DNA of 64,000 bases from a virus, in IMG/VR virus record IMGVR_UViG_3300042882_001046, positions 1-64,000 of that record; one strand, written 5' to 3'. The notes under the pieces are model-generated. The model saw only the letters and a program-made list of their open reading frames with translations, did not search any database and had not been told where the DNA came from. The first letter of the stretch is position 1; each line of letters begins with the position of its first letter. The position numbers were made by a program, and so were the translations under genes. Shown here one piece after another: positions 40,007 through 49,490 of the stretch.

Positions 40007-41626
40007 TTACCCAATTTTACTCATTAAATCCTTCATTCTCATGAACTGAGGATTTTCGTAAGTTTTTGATTCAATTAAGGTAGTTGATGAACCTGTTGAA
40101 ACGTTTTTGTTTAATTTTGTTTCAACTGATTCGTTAATTGGTGTTGATTCAGTTTTAGATAATTCATCTTTAATTGACTTGTAAAGATTTTTTGATTCTT
40201 TCAAAGTTTCTACATTATCAAATCTTCTAAGAATATTTATTTTTTCTTTTTTAGTAGTCGAATGTTCTGTGAATAATCTAGTTGCATATGCTAAGTTTGA
40301 GTTGAAGATTGCAACTTCGTTAAGCTTTTCTCTGAAAATATTTAACGCTTTTCTGTATTCTTCATTCTTTTCTCTCAACATATTAACTTCTTCTTGAGTA
40401 GATTCTACTTTAACACCACTTTTACCATAAACATAGTTTCTGTTATTTGTGATGCCTTTTCTTAGACCTCTACCTTCTTTTGAACCCATGCCATAAGTTC
40501 TAGCAGCTTCTTTGGTTTCTCTTTTTTCAAAACCTGCGTCATCTCTACGAGCTTTAGTCGTTTTAAGGTTTTTTGGAGCAATTTTACCGTGCTTCATTGA
40601 TAACCTTTCATCTTCCTTGTCTTTGTATCCTTGACCTTCTTTTGTTTCTGCTTTAACAACTTTTGACTTGCCTTCCATATTTGCGCCTTTCTTGTATTCG
40701 AATTTTGCTTTACCAGTACCTACTGATTTAGGACCTTCTTTTTTGTCCTCTTTAAATCCACCTGCAGCTTTATCTTTGTAAGTGAATTTAGGTCCTGAGC
40801 CAATTCCAACACCTTTAGGTTTTACTGTCGATTTACCTTCTCTAACAGCTCTTCTATGGTTGTAAGATTCGTCCAAATCTTCTTCGTCGTCTTCTTCCAT
40901 CATGTCTTCATCTTCTGATTCCATCATGTCTTCATCATCTGATTCCATCATGTCTTCGTCTTCTGATTCCATCATGTCGTCTTCATCTTCTTCTTCCATC
41001 ATGTCCTCATCATCTGATTCCATCATGTCGTCTTCTGAATCAAACTCGATTTCATACATAACTTCTTCGTCTTGGTCAACGTCGATATCTTCAACGTCTC
41101 CGTCTTTTGAGAAAATTGCGTTGATTACATCTTCAGTATCAACATCCATTTCATCGATTTCATCTATCATAGTTTCATCCATTTCTTCCTCAGACTCACC
41201 AAGCTTAACTAAATATTCTGCATCAGCGTCGTTGTCAGTTAAGTGAATATCTTCACCATCTTTTTTAACGATGATTCCGTCTTCTTCACCCATAGCCTTA
41301 AACACCTTAAGAATTTCTTCGTCAGAAGCGTCAGTCAAATCTATTGGACTTTCTTCAGAATCCATATCCATGTCCATGTCAAATTCCATGTCCATTTCCA
41401 TATCATCCTCATTATCAGTATCCATGTCAACGTCTTCGTCGTCCATGTCTACATCTAATTCAACCTCATCTTCCATATCTTGTTCTGATAGAGATTCTTT
41501 TACTAACTGATTGATTTCTTCCTTCATAGTTGAAGCAAGTATTCCTTTTGCATTCTCGGCGATAGCCTCCTCAACATTTTTCATTTGAATGAGCGCCTCT
41601 TGTACTAAGTTTTTATTTTCTTGCAT
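40007..41626 (-). CDS. Prohead core/scaffold protein (gp22-like), highly acidic
   Basis: Lies between protease and MCP; acidic N-half and coiled-coil C-half. Confidence 0.75.
   Translation of the reverse strand: MQENKNLVQEALIQMKNVEEAIAENAKGILASTMKEEINQLVKESLSEQDMEDEVELDVDMDDEDVDMDTDNEDDMEMDMEFDMDMDMDSEESPIDLTDASDEEILKVFKAMGEEDGIIVKKDGEDIHLTDNDADAEYLVKLGESEEEMDETMIDEIDEMDVDTEDVINAIFSKDGDVEDIDVDQDEEVMYEIEFDSEDDMMESDDEDMMEEEDEDDMMESEDEDMMESDDEDMMESEDEDMMEEDDEEDLDESYNHRRAVREGKSTVKPKGVGIGSGPKFTYKDKAAGGFKEDKKEGPKSVGTGKAKFEYKKGANMEGKSKVVKAETKEGQGYKDKEDERLSMKHGKIAPKNLKTTKARRDDAGFEKRETKEAARTYGMGSKEGRGLRKGITNNRNYVYGKSGVKVESTQEEVNMLREKNEEYRKALNIFREKLNEVAIFNSNLAYATRLFTEHSTTKKEKINILRRFDNVETLKESKNLYKSIKDELSKTESTPINESVETKLNKNVSTGSSTTLIESKTYENPQFMRMKDLMSKIG
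40896..41029 (-). repeat. Six 24/27-bp tandem repeats encoding D-M-M-E units
   Basis: TCCATCATGTC at 40896, 40920, 40944, 40968, 40995 and 41019. Confidence 0.95.
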
Positions 41627-41649
41627 GAAAAAATTATTTAATTTATCAT

Positions 41650-41656
41650 ATAAATA
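41650..41656 (-). promoter_or_regulatory. TATTTAT motif upstream of the scaffold gene
   Basis: 23 nt before ATG 41626. Confidence 0.55.
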
Positions 41657-41685
41657 GTGTCAAAATGAAAAAAAATTCATTTTGA

Positions 41686-42009
41686 TTATACCACTACGTA
41701 AGATTTATTTGATTGTTGTACTGATTTAACTAATTGATATCCTTGTGAATCCAACCAAGATGTGAGTGAATCAAAATTGGTTTCCCAAACTATGCATATT
41801 ATTGGGGTACCTAATGCATCCAATGCGGTAACCTGATAAGAATTTGTTCCAACAACATTATAGTGAATTGTAGCTTGAGGAATCAATTGTATTGAGTTAA
41901 TACTTAAACCAGTACCTTCACAATACGCCAAACAAGATGACCAAGTATTGGCAGAAATAACATGTTGTTGTTGAGATGGGGTAGTCCCTAATATTGCTAA
42001 GAAATTCAT
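41686..42009 (-). CDS. Hypothetical protein
   Basis: 107 aa; TATTTAT at 42023-42029. Confidence 0.65.
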   Translation of the reverse strand: MNFLAILGTTPSQQQHVISANTWSSCLAYCEGTGLSINSIQLIPQATIHYNVVGTNSYQVTALDALGTPIICIVWETNFDSLTSWLDSQGYQLVKSVQQSNKSYVVV

Positions 42010-42042
42010 ATATTTTTTTTATATAAATATCCCCCAAACAAA

Positions 42043-42067
42043 AAAAGTGGTCATTAAGACCACTTTT
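42043..42067 (-). terminator. Intrinsic terminator
   Basis: AAAAGTGGTC-attaa-GACCACTTTT. Confidence 0.85.
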
Positions 42068-42090
42068 AAATTAATTAACGTTTAAGTCAA

Positions 42091-42300
42091 TTATTCAATA
42101 ACTTCATCGATTTTACTTTCAGACACCGCAGTGATTCTCCAATCATGTGTGAACCCCTCGTATTTTTTTGTTACTTTCGCTTCAACGTCTGTAACTGAAA
42201 AACCTTTTACAAGTTTTTCTTCTCTGATTTTTTTAATCTTTCCTGAATTTTCATCAGGGAAATCGTACTGAATTTTTGCTACAAAATATTTTTCTTCCAT
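42091..42300 (-). CDS. DUF4494-like small protein
   Basis: YFVAKIQY..KKIREEKLVKGFSVTDVEAKV resembles Bacteroidetes DUF4494. Confidence 0.65.
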   Translation of the reverse strand: MEEKYFVAKIQYDFPDENSGKIKKIREEKLVKGFSVTDVEAKVTKKYEGFTHDWRITAVSESKIDEVIE

Positions 42301-42304
42301 AATT

Positions 42305-43021
42305 TTATTTTCCTAAAAAATCGTTCAATTTTTTCATTAAGTCAACTGATTTTTCAACATAATCATTTCCTTGTTTTGTTTTTATTTCTTCGTCTAAATT
42401 TTCCTCATACTTATTTCTGTCATCAGGATTTGAAAACAAATAAGCTCCTGGTGTAGATGGTGACGAAACTAAGTCAAAACATATAAGTTCAAAATCATCT
42501 TGAACTTCATTTCTTTCTCCAACTTTTTTAAGTGAACCAACCCCTCTTGATGATACTCCCATAGTAACACCTTGTCTCATTAAATTTGCTGCAATGTCTC
42601 CTTTTGTTGAAACAATTCCTCTTTCATGAAACCCTGGAGAAGTTAATAATTTTAACTTACCCATTAAGATATTTTTGTCCCACCAAATATCTGTGATAAT
42701 GTGAGACACTCTATCTAAGTCAATAAGTGATGATTCAGGGTGATTTAATTCTGAAGTTGATAATCCTTTAGCAATGGATTGTTTATATCTTTCGGCTTCT
42801 CTTTTTAATATTCTTTCAGGATAAGTTCTACCGTTTCTATTTGGTGTATCGTATTTCTGAAGTACCGCGTAAAATTCGAAAGGATTTCTATAATCAAGAT
42901 TTGTTGCTTCTTTTAATACCTCGATGTTACGAACATCGGTTGGGGAAACAAATCCAGCATCCATTTCAATCAATATACCATGACCAATCTCGCTGGCCTC
43001 TAAAATTCTTAAATTTTTCAT
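42305..43021 (-). CDS. gp21: Prohead protease (T4 gp21-like)
   Basis: NRNGRTYP, ELNHP, GVSSRGVGS and FDLVSSPSTPGA; TATTTAT at 43035-43041. Confidence 0.93.
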   Translation of the reverse strand: MKNLRILEASEIGHGILIEMDAGFVSPTDVRNIEVLKEATNLDYRNPFEFYAVLQKYDTPNRNGRTYPERILKREAERYKQSIAKGLSTSELNHPESSLIDLDRVSHIITDIWWDKNILMGKLKLLTSPGFHERGIVSTKGDIAANLMRQGVTMGVSSRGVGSLKKVGERNEVQDDFELICFDLVSSPSTPGAYLFSNPDDRNKYEENLDEEIKTKQGNDYVEKSVDLMKKLNDFLGK

Positions 43022-43057
43022 CTAATCTTTTAAGATAAATATACCGTTTTGAATAGT

Positions 43058-43498
43058 TTATTGAGTAACTTCTTTTTTTGAGTTTGAAAATTCAAAGTAT
43101 TTGTTTTGTATTACGTTATTTTTGTATACCGATTTTACTATAGTTTTTACTGAATCTTTAATTTCATTACATTTAAAATCCATTTCACATAAGGTATATA
43201 AGTTAATTTCTAAATTAAAAAAAGATTTTTTTCCTTTTGATATTCCACTTGTCCTTAGGTCTAAATCAACAATACTTTTTTCTTTAAATAGTTTTGGGTT
43301 TATGGATTCGAAAACAGAATGTTTTATTTCTCTTCCTAAGTTTGAAACAACTCTGTTCCAATTATCGTAGTCATCTTTTGGTGTTACCCACGATTGAATG
43401 TTAATGTATACCGATTTTAAATTTTTAGAATCAACAGTTCCATACACAGACTTAATGGGATTGAATAGGTTAAGCTTTACACTTTTTCCTTTTTTCAT
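43058..43498 (-). CDS. Hypothetical protein
   Basis: 146-aa ORF. Confidence 0.7.
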   Translation of the reverse strand: MKKGKSVKLNLFNPIKSVYGTVDSKNLKSVYINIQSWVTPKDDYDNWNRVVSNLGREIKHSVFESINPKLFKEKSIVDLDLRTSGISKGKKSFFNLEINLYTLCEMDFKCNEIKDSVKTIVKSVYKNNVIQNKYFEFSNSKKEVTQ

Positions 43499-43596
43499 TA
43501 ATGTTCATATTATATACGTTTATTTTGTTAATCAAAAAATACGACATATATACCTAATTGTCAAAATTTTTTTTAAATCGGAGATATTTCTAGAAT

Positions 43597-43788
43597 ATGT
43601 TAATAGTAAAAATCAACCAAGGGGAAAATCTTGAGAGAGCTCTTAAGACCCTAAAATCAAAAGTAATCAAAACAAAACAAACTCAAAAGTTGTTTGAGAA
43701 AAAAGAGTATACAAAAAAATCTGTACTTAGAAGAGCACAGATTTTAAAGGCAAAATACATACAACGCAAAAATTCAGAATTAAATTGA
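43597..43788 (+). CDS. rpsU: Ribosomal protein bS21, Bacteroidetes-type
   Basis: MLIVKINQGENLERALKTLKSKV..KKSVLRRAQILKAKYIQ; antisense within the head module. Confidence 0.9.
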   Translation: MLIVKINQGENLERALKTLKSKVIKTKQTQKLFEKKEYTKKSVLRRAQILKAKYIQRKNSELN

Positions 43789-44478
43789 TTCTTCTAAATT
43801 CTTTAATTTTAAAAAGTTAAGTTGGTCAAACTTCTCGAGTTTAACTTTGTCTATAGTTTCAGAAATTCTTGTTTTCATTTCTTCAGCTTCTTCTTTTTCT
43901 AAAATATTATTTAATTTAGAAATTGCACTTTCACGAATAGTTTCAAATTTAGTTTCTAAAACTTTTGTATCTTCAGACACTAATTGAAAAAATTCTTTTT
44001 TAGAGTTTTCATCTAATGTTTCTATATAATTTCTAATGGTTTGGTTTGCAACCGTAACCATAGAACTTATTGGAATATTCACACTTTCCTTAATTGATTC
44101 TTTATTAGATGTTAGAATTTTAATTAGGTTCTTTTTAGCATTAACCCTTTCAACTAAATTAATTCTTTGGCTATAAACTAAAGTATCAATATCCGAATAA
44201 TTATTTTCAGTTTTTTCAGAAACGTTTGACGGAAGTTTTACTGTTGGTAACACTTTGTTTAAAATATTGATTCCCTCTTCAATAAAATATTTAGCGTCCT
44301 GTTCACTTAAACCTTGTGGAGTACTTAACTGGTCGTATATAGTATACGCCTTAGACATAGATTTATTACTCAAAACATTGTGTTTGAATTCTCTCAATGT
44401 CTTCTTGAATTCCTTTTCATTTTTGTAGGACTCCAAAAGATTTTTTTCAATAAGGGATTTTACGGCTCCAAAGGTCAT
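43780..44478 (-). CDS. Hypothetical helical protein
   Basis: Likely ATG at 44478 (MTFGAVKS); TATTTAT at 44494-44500. Confidence 0.7.
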   Translation of the reverse strand: MTFGAVKSLIEKNLLESYKNEKEFKKTLREFKHNVLSNKSMSKAYTIYDQLSTPQGLSEQDAKYFIEEGINILNKVLPTVKLPSNVSEKTENNYSDIDTLVYSQRINLVERVNAKKNLIKILTSNKESIKESVNIPISSMVTVANQTIRNYIETLDENSKKEFFQLVSEDTKVLETKFETIRESAISKLNNILEKEEAEEMKTRISETIDKVKLEKFDQLNFLKLKNLEESI

Positions 44479-44500
44479 TTTGTTCTTTTTCAAATAAATA

Positions 44501-46351
44501 TTATGAATTTAATAACTTATCCAATTCTTTTGAAATTTCTCCTAAAGAATCTTGTCCGTGACCTAAATTTATCATTTCCGCCCCCTCAATTAGATTATTT
44601 TCAACCAAAATATTAAGGTCTTTCATTTTTGATTCTGGTGTTACTTCTCCTCCTGCTGGTGGAGCTTCAGCTGGTGGGGCTTCAGGTAATGGAGGTTCTC
44701 CTCCTGATAAATCACCTCCACCAAATGATGGTGGTGGTGCCAATTCTTCACCTCCATCAGGAGTTGTTGCCGCTCCTGCACTTGGTGTTGCACCTGTTGC
44801 ACTTCCATAAAGTTTATCAATATTATCAAATAAACCTGTCTTGGTAATAACAGTAGGTGTTGCCTTAAGTTCTTCCCCAACCGCTCTTTCAATTCTTTGT
44901 TGTTGTAAGTCAAGACGAACTTCTTCATCAGACCAACCAAAGATATGTTTCTTAGCCCATGTAGATGAAGTTGCCTGAATACCGTTTCCTGGGTCAGCAA
45001 CCAAATCTTTGTATAACAATACCTTTTCTTTCCAAACATCAATTTTTAATAAATCCGCTTGAGTTGATGGATTTGTTAATCCTATTGTAAAGTTTGATAA
45101 TTCATCTTCAAATCCTAATAAAAATAAGTGAACGATTGCAATTTTGTTCAACTCTGCTAACATACTCTTTTGGATTCTGTTGATTGTACGAGCGAATCTA
45201 ATGTCTTGTAGTGCCAAGTTTTTACCATCACCAACAACTTCCTCAAATCCTAAGAATGCCTTAGGTACACGAAGAGCAGTTAATAGTTTCTTTTGGATAT
45301 ATTCAATATCTGCAATTTCAGATAGGTTAGTTGCACCAGGTAATGTTGTAATTGGGTCTGGTGCTGCTGGGTCACGTACAGGGATGAAGTAATCTTGGTC
45401 AACCGCCATTTGGTTGAATCTCATATCTACATTACCTGTCTTACTATCTACAATTTGCTCTCTTTTAAATTTGTTGGCAACACGTTGTACATATGCTTCA
45501 ACATCATCGTCATTCATATTTCCAACAAATACCTTGAACATTCTTCTTTCAGGTGCTCTTGATGTACGATAAATCAACATCGCGTCTTCCGATAATAAAA
45601 GTTGTTTCCAAATTCTTCTTGCTTTTTCCAACATAGAAGTACCATAAGGAAGTTTTCTATCATCACCCAATAATCTAAAGTGAGCAATTTCCCATGATTG
45701 GAATTCCATGTTTTTGTTCTTCCAAGTGAAATGTAGAGCCTTTCTATCCTTATCAACTTCTTGTTTTACGTCCGTTGCAATTTTACCACTTGCACCTACC
45801 TCATGTCTTTCAATTTCAATTGTAGGTAATTGTTGTACTCCAACAATTCCTTTTTCAGGGTCTAATTTTAAATAAACAAAGTTATCACCGTACTTACAAG
45901 TGTTTCTAGTCCACATTGGTAAGTTAGTGTTGATGTCTAAGGCGTTGTTAAATAAGTCGGCCAACACACCTTTAATTCTTTTTGATTCTGAATATATCTG
46001 TAAGATGAATCCATCTTCATTAGTGGTTGTTGATTCCTCAGCGTAGATATCTAATGCGGCAGAAATCTCAGGAGTATACTCCATTGATTCATAATCATAC
46101 TGAGCCGATAATCTTGTTGGTTCATAATAAATTGCTTGTGAATAAAGGTTGTTTTCTACCTTTGTCCACTGATTAGTAAGATAATAAGTTTGTTGTGCCT
46201 GAAGTTTTTCTTTCTCGTATTCTTCTCTACTTTTTGTGCGTAGAAGTTCCTTTTTATCAAACTTGAATGTTGGATAATCCTGTTGTAAAAGTGAGTTCGG
46301 TCCAAATGTTTGTGACAGTCGTTGCCAAACCGTCATATTCTGTTCTGCCAT
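44501..46351 (-). CDS. gp20: Portal protein (T4 gp20-like)
   Basis: YTPEISAALDIY, EDAMLIYRTSRAPERR, EDIEYIQKK-like DIEYIQKKLLTALRVP and QDIRFARTINRIQ; TATTTAT at 46381-46387. Confidence 0.93.
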   Translation of the reverse strand: MAEQNMTVWQRLSQTFGPNSLLQQDYPTFKFDKKELLRTKSREEYEKEKLQAQQTYYLTNQWTKVENNLYSQAIYYEPTRLSAQYDYESMEYTPEISAALDIYAEESTTTNEDGFILQIYSESKRIKGVLADLFNNALDINTNLPMWTRNTCKYGDNFVYLKLDPEKGIVGVQQLPTIEIERHEVGASGKIATDVKQEVDKDRKALHFTWKNKNMEFQSWEIAHFRLLGDDRKLPYGTSMLEKARRIWKQLLLSEDAMLIYRTSRAPERRMFKVFVGNMNDDDVEAYVQRVANKFKREQIVDSKTGNVDMRFNQMAVDQDYFIPVRDPAAPDPITTLPGATNLSEIADIEYIQKKLLTALRVPKAFLGFEEVVGDGKNLALQDIRFARTINRIQKSMLAELNKIAIVHLFLLGFEDELSNFTIGLTNPSTQADLLKIDVWKEKVLLYKDLVADPGNGIQATSSTWAKKHIFGWSDEEVRLDLQQQRIERAVGEELKATPTVITKTGLFDNIDKLYGSATGATPSAGAATTPDGGEELAPPPSFGGGDLSGGEPPLPEAPPAEAPPAGGEVTPESKMKDLNILVENNLIEGAEMINLGHGQDSLGEISKELDKLLNS

Positions 46352-46388
46352 ATTATAAGTTTACTTATTACCTTGATAATATAAATAG

Positions 46389-48149
46389 TTATTTGGCACC
46401 AAATAACCACCCATATTTTTGGTAATCGGCTTTGGACGCCCCGTTATTCGTAAGGTGGGGGTCTCTTCCCATTTGGGGAACCATCGGATTAAAAAATTCT
46501 GACGTGTTTTTATTTTCACTCATAACAGTAGACCATGAATTCAACATTGCCTTTGTATGATTAACAACTTTACTTAAAGACGCAAATGATTTTTCTGCAA
46601 TGTATATTGCCATAGATAAACCCATTATACAGTCATCGTGTTGTCCTTTTTGGTGGTCAGGTCTTCCGTTTATGTAAACAAAAGTATTCATTTCGTTGTA
46701 AGTCCTATGAGAATATATTTTAAACCCGTGTCTAACCGCTTCCTCAAATGCCGCAATAATTTGAACCCTTTTTGTGTTAAAATTAATACCAGGTATTTTG
46801 TCATTAATTTTTGGGTCCCATTTCCATTTGTTTGTTGTATCAACACCATCAACATATAATCCCCCTTCGTATTGAAGTTCTTGCATTTTTCTTGCGGTTG
46901 AAACTCCCATACCACCTGTAATATCAATTACACAATAAGCATTATACATTGTACCCCACTTGTAGGCAATTTCAGCTAATATATCTGGAGGTATTTTTCC
47001 AACATATTCAAAAACTTGTTCTCTATCGTCAAAATCAATAATTTCTATTGATGAAAAATCTTCTGAATCTCCTCTTGAAACGTCGACACCCATTACGTAC
47101 TTATGTCCATTAACTGGTTCTTTAAAAATCCACAAGGAATTACCCATCAATTTTGCTTGAGGGTCTCTTAATTGATTTTTAGAAATATTCTGCATTAACT
47201 CAGAATCAAATACGTTATCCCCTGAACCCAAGAAATTACATTCCAACTCCTGAGCCACTTTACGTCTATCGTATTTAAGTTTTTTTACCATACTCTCAAA
47301 CCATGAAGAACACGGTTTGTACCCTTGCTCAACATAATTTTTTACAACACTATGGTCTCTCTCATATGGATTATCCATAGATAAGTCTATCAAAACATCA
47401 ACTGGATAATCTTCCCTGTTCAATAGATAATGAACTAAATCATTTGTCTTAACCATGTAAAGGTCTTTTGTATATCGAGGGTCTCTGAACCAAAACATTT
47501 CAGAGATTTTGAAATCGTTCATACCTCGTAAGGCTTGGTCATAAATTTCGTAATAGATTGGGTCGTAACCGTTTGGTGTGGATACAACAATAACTTTACC
47601 TCCCGTTGATAGTGAGGCCATACACGCTGACCAGAAATCTCCGTCAGCCTCGATAAACGCCGCCTCATCAAAAATAAGAATGGTTGGGGTATATCCCCTC
47701 AAAGCATCTTTTGAAGTTGCAACCGCCTTAACTTCACATCCGTTGTTAAGTTTAAAGTGTCTTTGTGAATTTTTTTCCACAGAGAATCCAATACCAACCC
47801 AAGCAGGCCATTGTTCTGTAAAACTTCTAACCTTATTTGCCATCTCCATGGAGGTATCCAACTTGTTGGCAATGATTAGAATTTTTTCAGGTTTTTCTTT
47901 TCTTGCAAATGCAAGTTTTTTTGACGCCCAAGCGGCTGTAACTGTAGATACACCTGCCTGACGATACTTCAAGGCGATGTTTTCGTTGTAGTTTTCGTAA
48001 TCTTCTAATAGGGAAACTTGGTCTGGAAATAAATCCAATGGAACATACTTAGAGACTGTGTTGTCGTATGTTTGTAAATAAGTACGAAGTGCGTAAGGAG
48101 TACTCCTCATACACTTCGTATATTCTATAATTAATTGTTCTTTAGTCAC
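46389..48149 (-). CDS. terL: Terminase large subunit (gp17-like), GTG start
   Basis: KYRQAGVST, FDEAAFI, VSTPNG, GVDVSRG and HDDCIM. Confidence 0.95.
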   Translation of the reverse strand: MTKEQLIIEYTKCMRSTPYALRTYLQTYDNTVSKYVPLDLFPDQVSLLEDYENYNENIALKYRQAGVSTVTAAWASKKLAFARKEKPEKILIIANKLDTSMEMANKVRSFTEQWPAWVGIGFSVEKNSQRHFKLNNGCEVKAVATSKDALRGYTPTILIFDEAAFIEADGDFWSACMASLSTGGKVIVVSTPNGYDPIYYEIYDQALRGMNDFKISEMFWFRDPRYTKDLYMVKTNDLVHYLLNREDYPVDVLIDLSMDNPYERDHSVVKNYVEQGYKPCSSWFESMVKKLKYDRRKVAQELECNFLGSGDNVFDSELMQNISKNQLRDPQAKLMGNSLWIFKEPVNGHKYVMGVDVSRGDSEDFSSIEIIDFDDREQVFEYVGKIPPDILAEIAYKWGTMYNAYCVIDITGGMGVSTARKMQELQYEGGLYVDGVDTTNKWKWDPKINDKIPGINFNTKRVQIIAAFEEAVRHGFKIYSHRTYNEMNTFVYINGRPDHQKGQHDDCIMGLSMAIYIAEKSFASLSKVVNHTKAMLNSWSTVMSENKNTSEFFNPMVPQMGRDPHLTNNGASKADYQKYGWLFGAK

Positions 48150-48157
48150 ACATTTAG

Positions 48158-49489
48158 TTATTTAGGTCTCGATATACCTAAACCGCTAAAGAAATCATCA
48201 AGTCCATCGTCCTCGTCATCATCGTCTGAATCACCAGGTCCTAAACTACCTAAGAAATCACTCATTTCTTCATCGTCATTACTTTGTTTGTAGTCGTCGT
48301 ACTCGGTTTTAAGTTGTTGAGCTTCTCTCATAATTTCTTTGAATTTTGAAGTTGCTTTTCTAACTTTTGATTCATCCTCTGAAATTGCAAGTCCGATTAA
48401 TTCTAAAAACTCTTCGGCTGGTATCTGGTATAATACAGTGTGAAACCAGTTTATCAGGCCCTTGTTTGATTCTGAATACATTTCATCAGGTAATGCAAAC
48501 CTGATTTTTTCAACAATCTCAGGACCTATTCTAAGTTGCATAGGTTCGTTTGACAGGAGGTCTGTTTGACCCATAACTCTTTGAGCCATTTCAGGGTCTT
48601 GAGGTAATCCATATCTACCTTTTGCTTCTTCAATACCTTTAATAATTTCATGACATAGGATAGGAAAAATCATACCGTCGGCAATAATTTTAGTGTTTGA
48701 AGATTCTCCTCCCTCATCATCGCCACTTTCTTCTTCATCATCATTGTCTTCAAGTTTAACTTTTCCAGCAACACCTTGACCACTTTGACTCATCATTTCA
48801 ATCATTTGTTCCATACTAAAATACATGAAATCGTTGATTGCCATAATACCCAAATAATCTCTGTACAAAGAAGGGTTGATTGCGTCTAATCTTGCTTTGA
48901 CATCAGGTTTTTGAAAAATATAATGTCCTTTCTTTGCAGCTCCTTGAACAATTGCGTTGATGATATTTCTCTTATGTTTTTCTAATTCTAAAATTTCCTC
49001 GTCGGTCAAATCTTCAACATCGAACGATGGAATTTCTGGCATCTCAGGTTTTTCTTTTTTCTCAGGTTTTTCTTCTTGATATCTAAAGTCAGAAGTATCG
49101 ATACCATCTCTATTCAATCTAGCCTCAATTTCAAACCAATCCTCAGGAACCTCAGTTTCTTCTAATGAAGCCTCCTTTGCTAAATCTTCCAACTCTTCTC
49201 TATGTGCCGCCTCAATTCTCATAATTGCAGGAAGTTTTCTCATCATTTCTTGGTAAACCATACCTTGAACTTGTTGAGAACTAATATCTTCTATACCTGT
49301 AACTTGTTTTAATTTGTCCGCAACTTTTCCAAATCTTGAACTAACTAATCTTTGTACATCCTGTGCACCTTTTTTCATGGCAGGATTCTGAGCGTATAAA
49401 CTTTCAGGGCTAGCTAATTTTCTTTCTAACCTTGGGTCCATTCTTTCAGGTCTGTCCCCGTAATTTATTTGTTCTTTAATCTTTGCCAT
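48158..49489 (-). CDS. Hypothetical acidic protein
   Basis: 443-aa ORF. Confidence 0.75.
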   Translation of the reverse strand: MAKIKEQINYGDRPERMDPRLERKLASPESLYAQNPAMKKGAQDVQRLVSSRFGKVADKLKQVTGIEDISSQQVQGMVYQEMMRKLPAIMRIEAAHREELEDLAKEASLEETEVPEDWFEIEARLNRDGIDTSDFRYQEEKPEKKEKPEMPEIPSFDVEDLTDEEILELEKHKRNIINAIVQGAAKKGHYIFQKPDVKARLDAINPSLYRDYLGIMAINDFMYFSMEQMIEMMSQSGQGVAGKVKLEDNDDEEESGDDEGGESSNTKIIADGMIFPILCHEIIKGIEEAKGRYGLPQDPEMAQRVMGQTDLLSNEPMQLRIGPEIVEKIRFALPDEMYSESNKGLINWFHTVLYQIPAEEFLELIGLAISEDESKVRKATSKFKEIMREAQQLKTEYDDYKQSNDDEEMSDFLGSLGPGDSDDDDEDDGLDDFFSGLGISRPK

Positions 49490-49490
49490 T

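Noticed and set aside
40896-41510. 24-bp repeats as a CRISPR array; Ser-rich ORFs 40902..41246(+) and 41271..41510(-)
   Set aside because: The repeats are in-frame coding units with no unique spacers and no cas genes; the ORFs are shadows of the acidic scaffold.
43580-43583. GGAG as a Shine-Dalgarno for rpsU autoregulation
   Set aside because: Only 4 nt, 13 nt from ATG, and upstream of the putative promoter motif, so probably not in the transcript.
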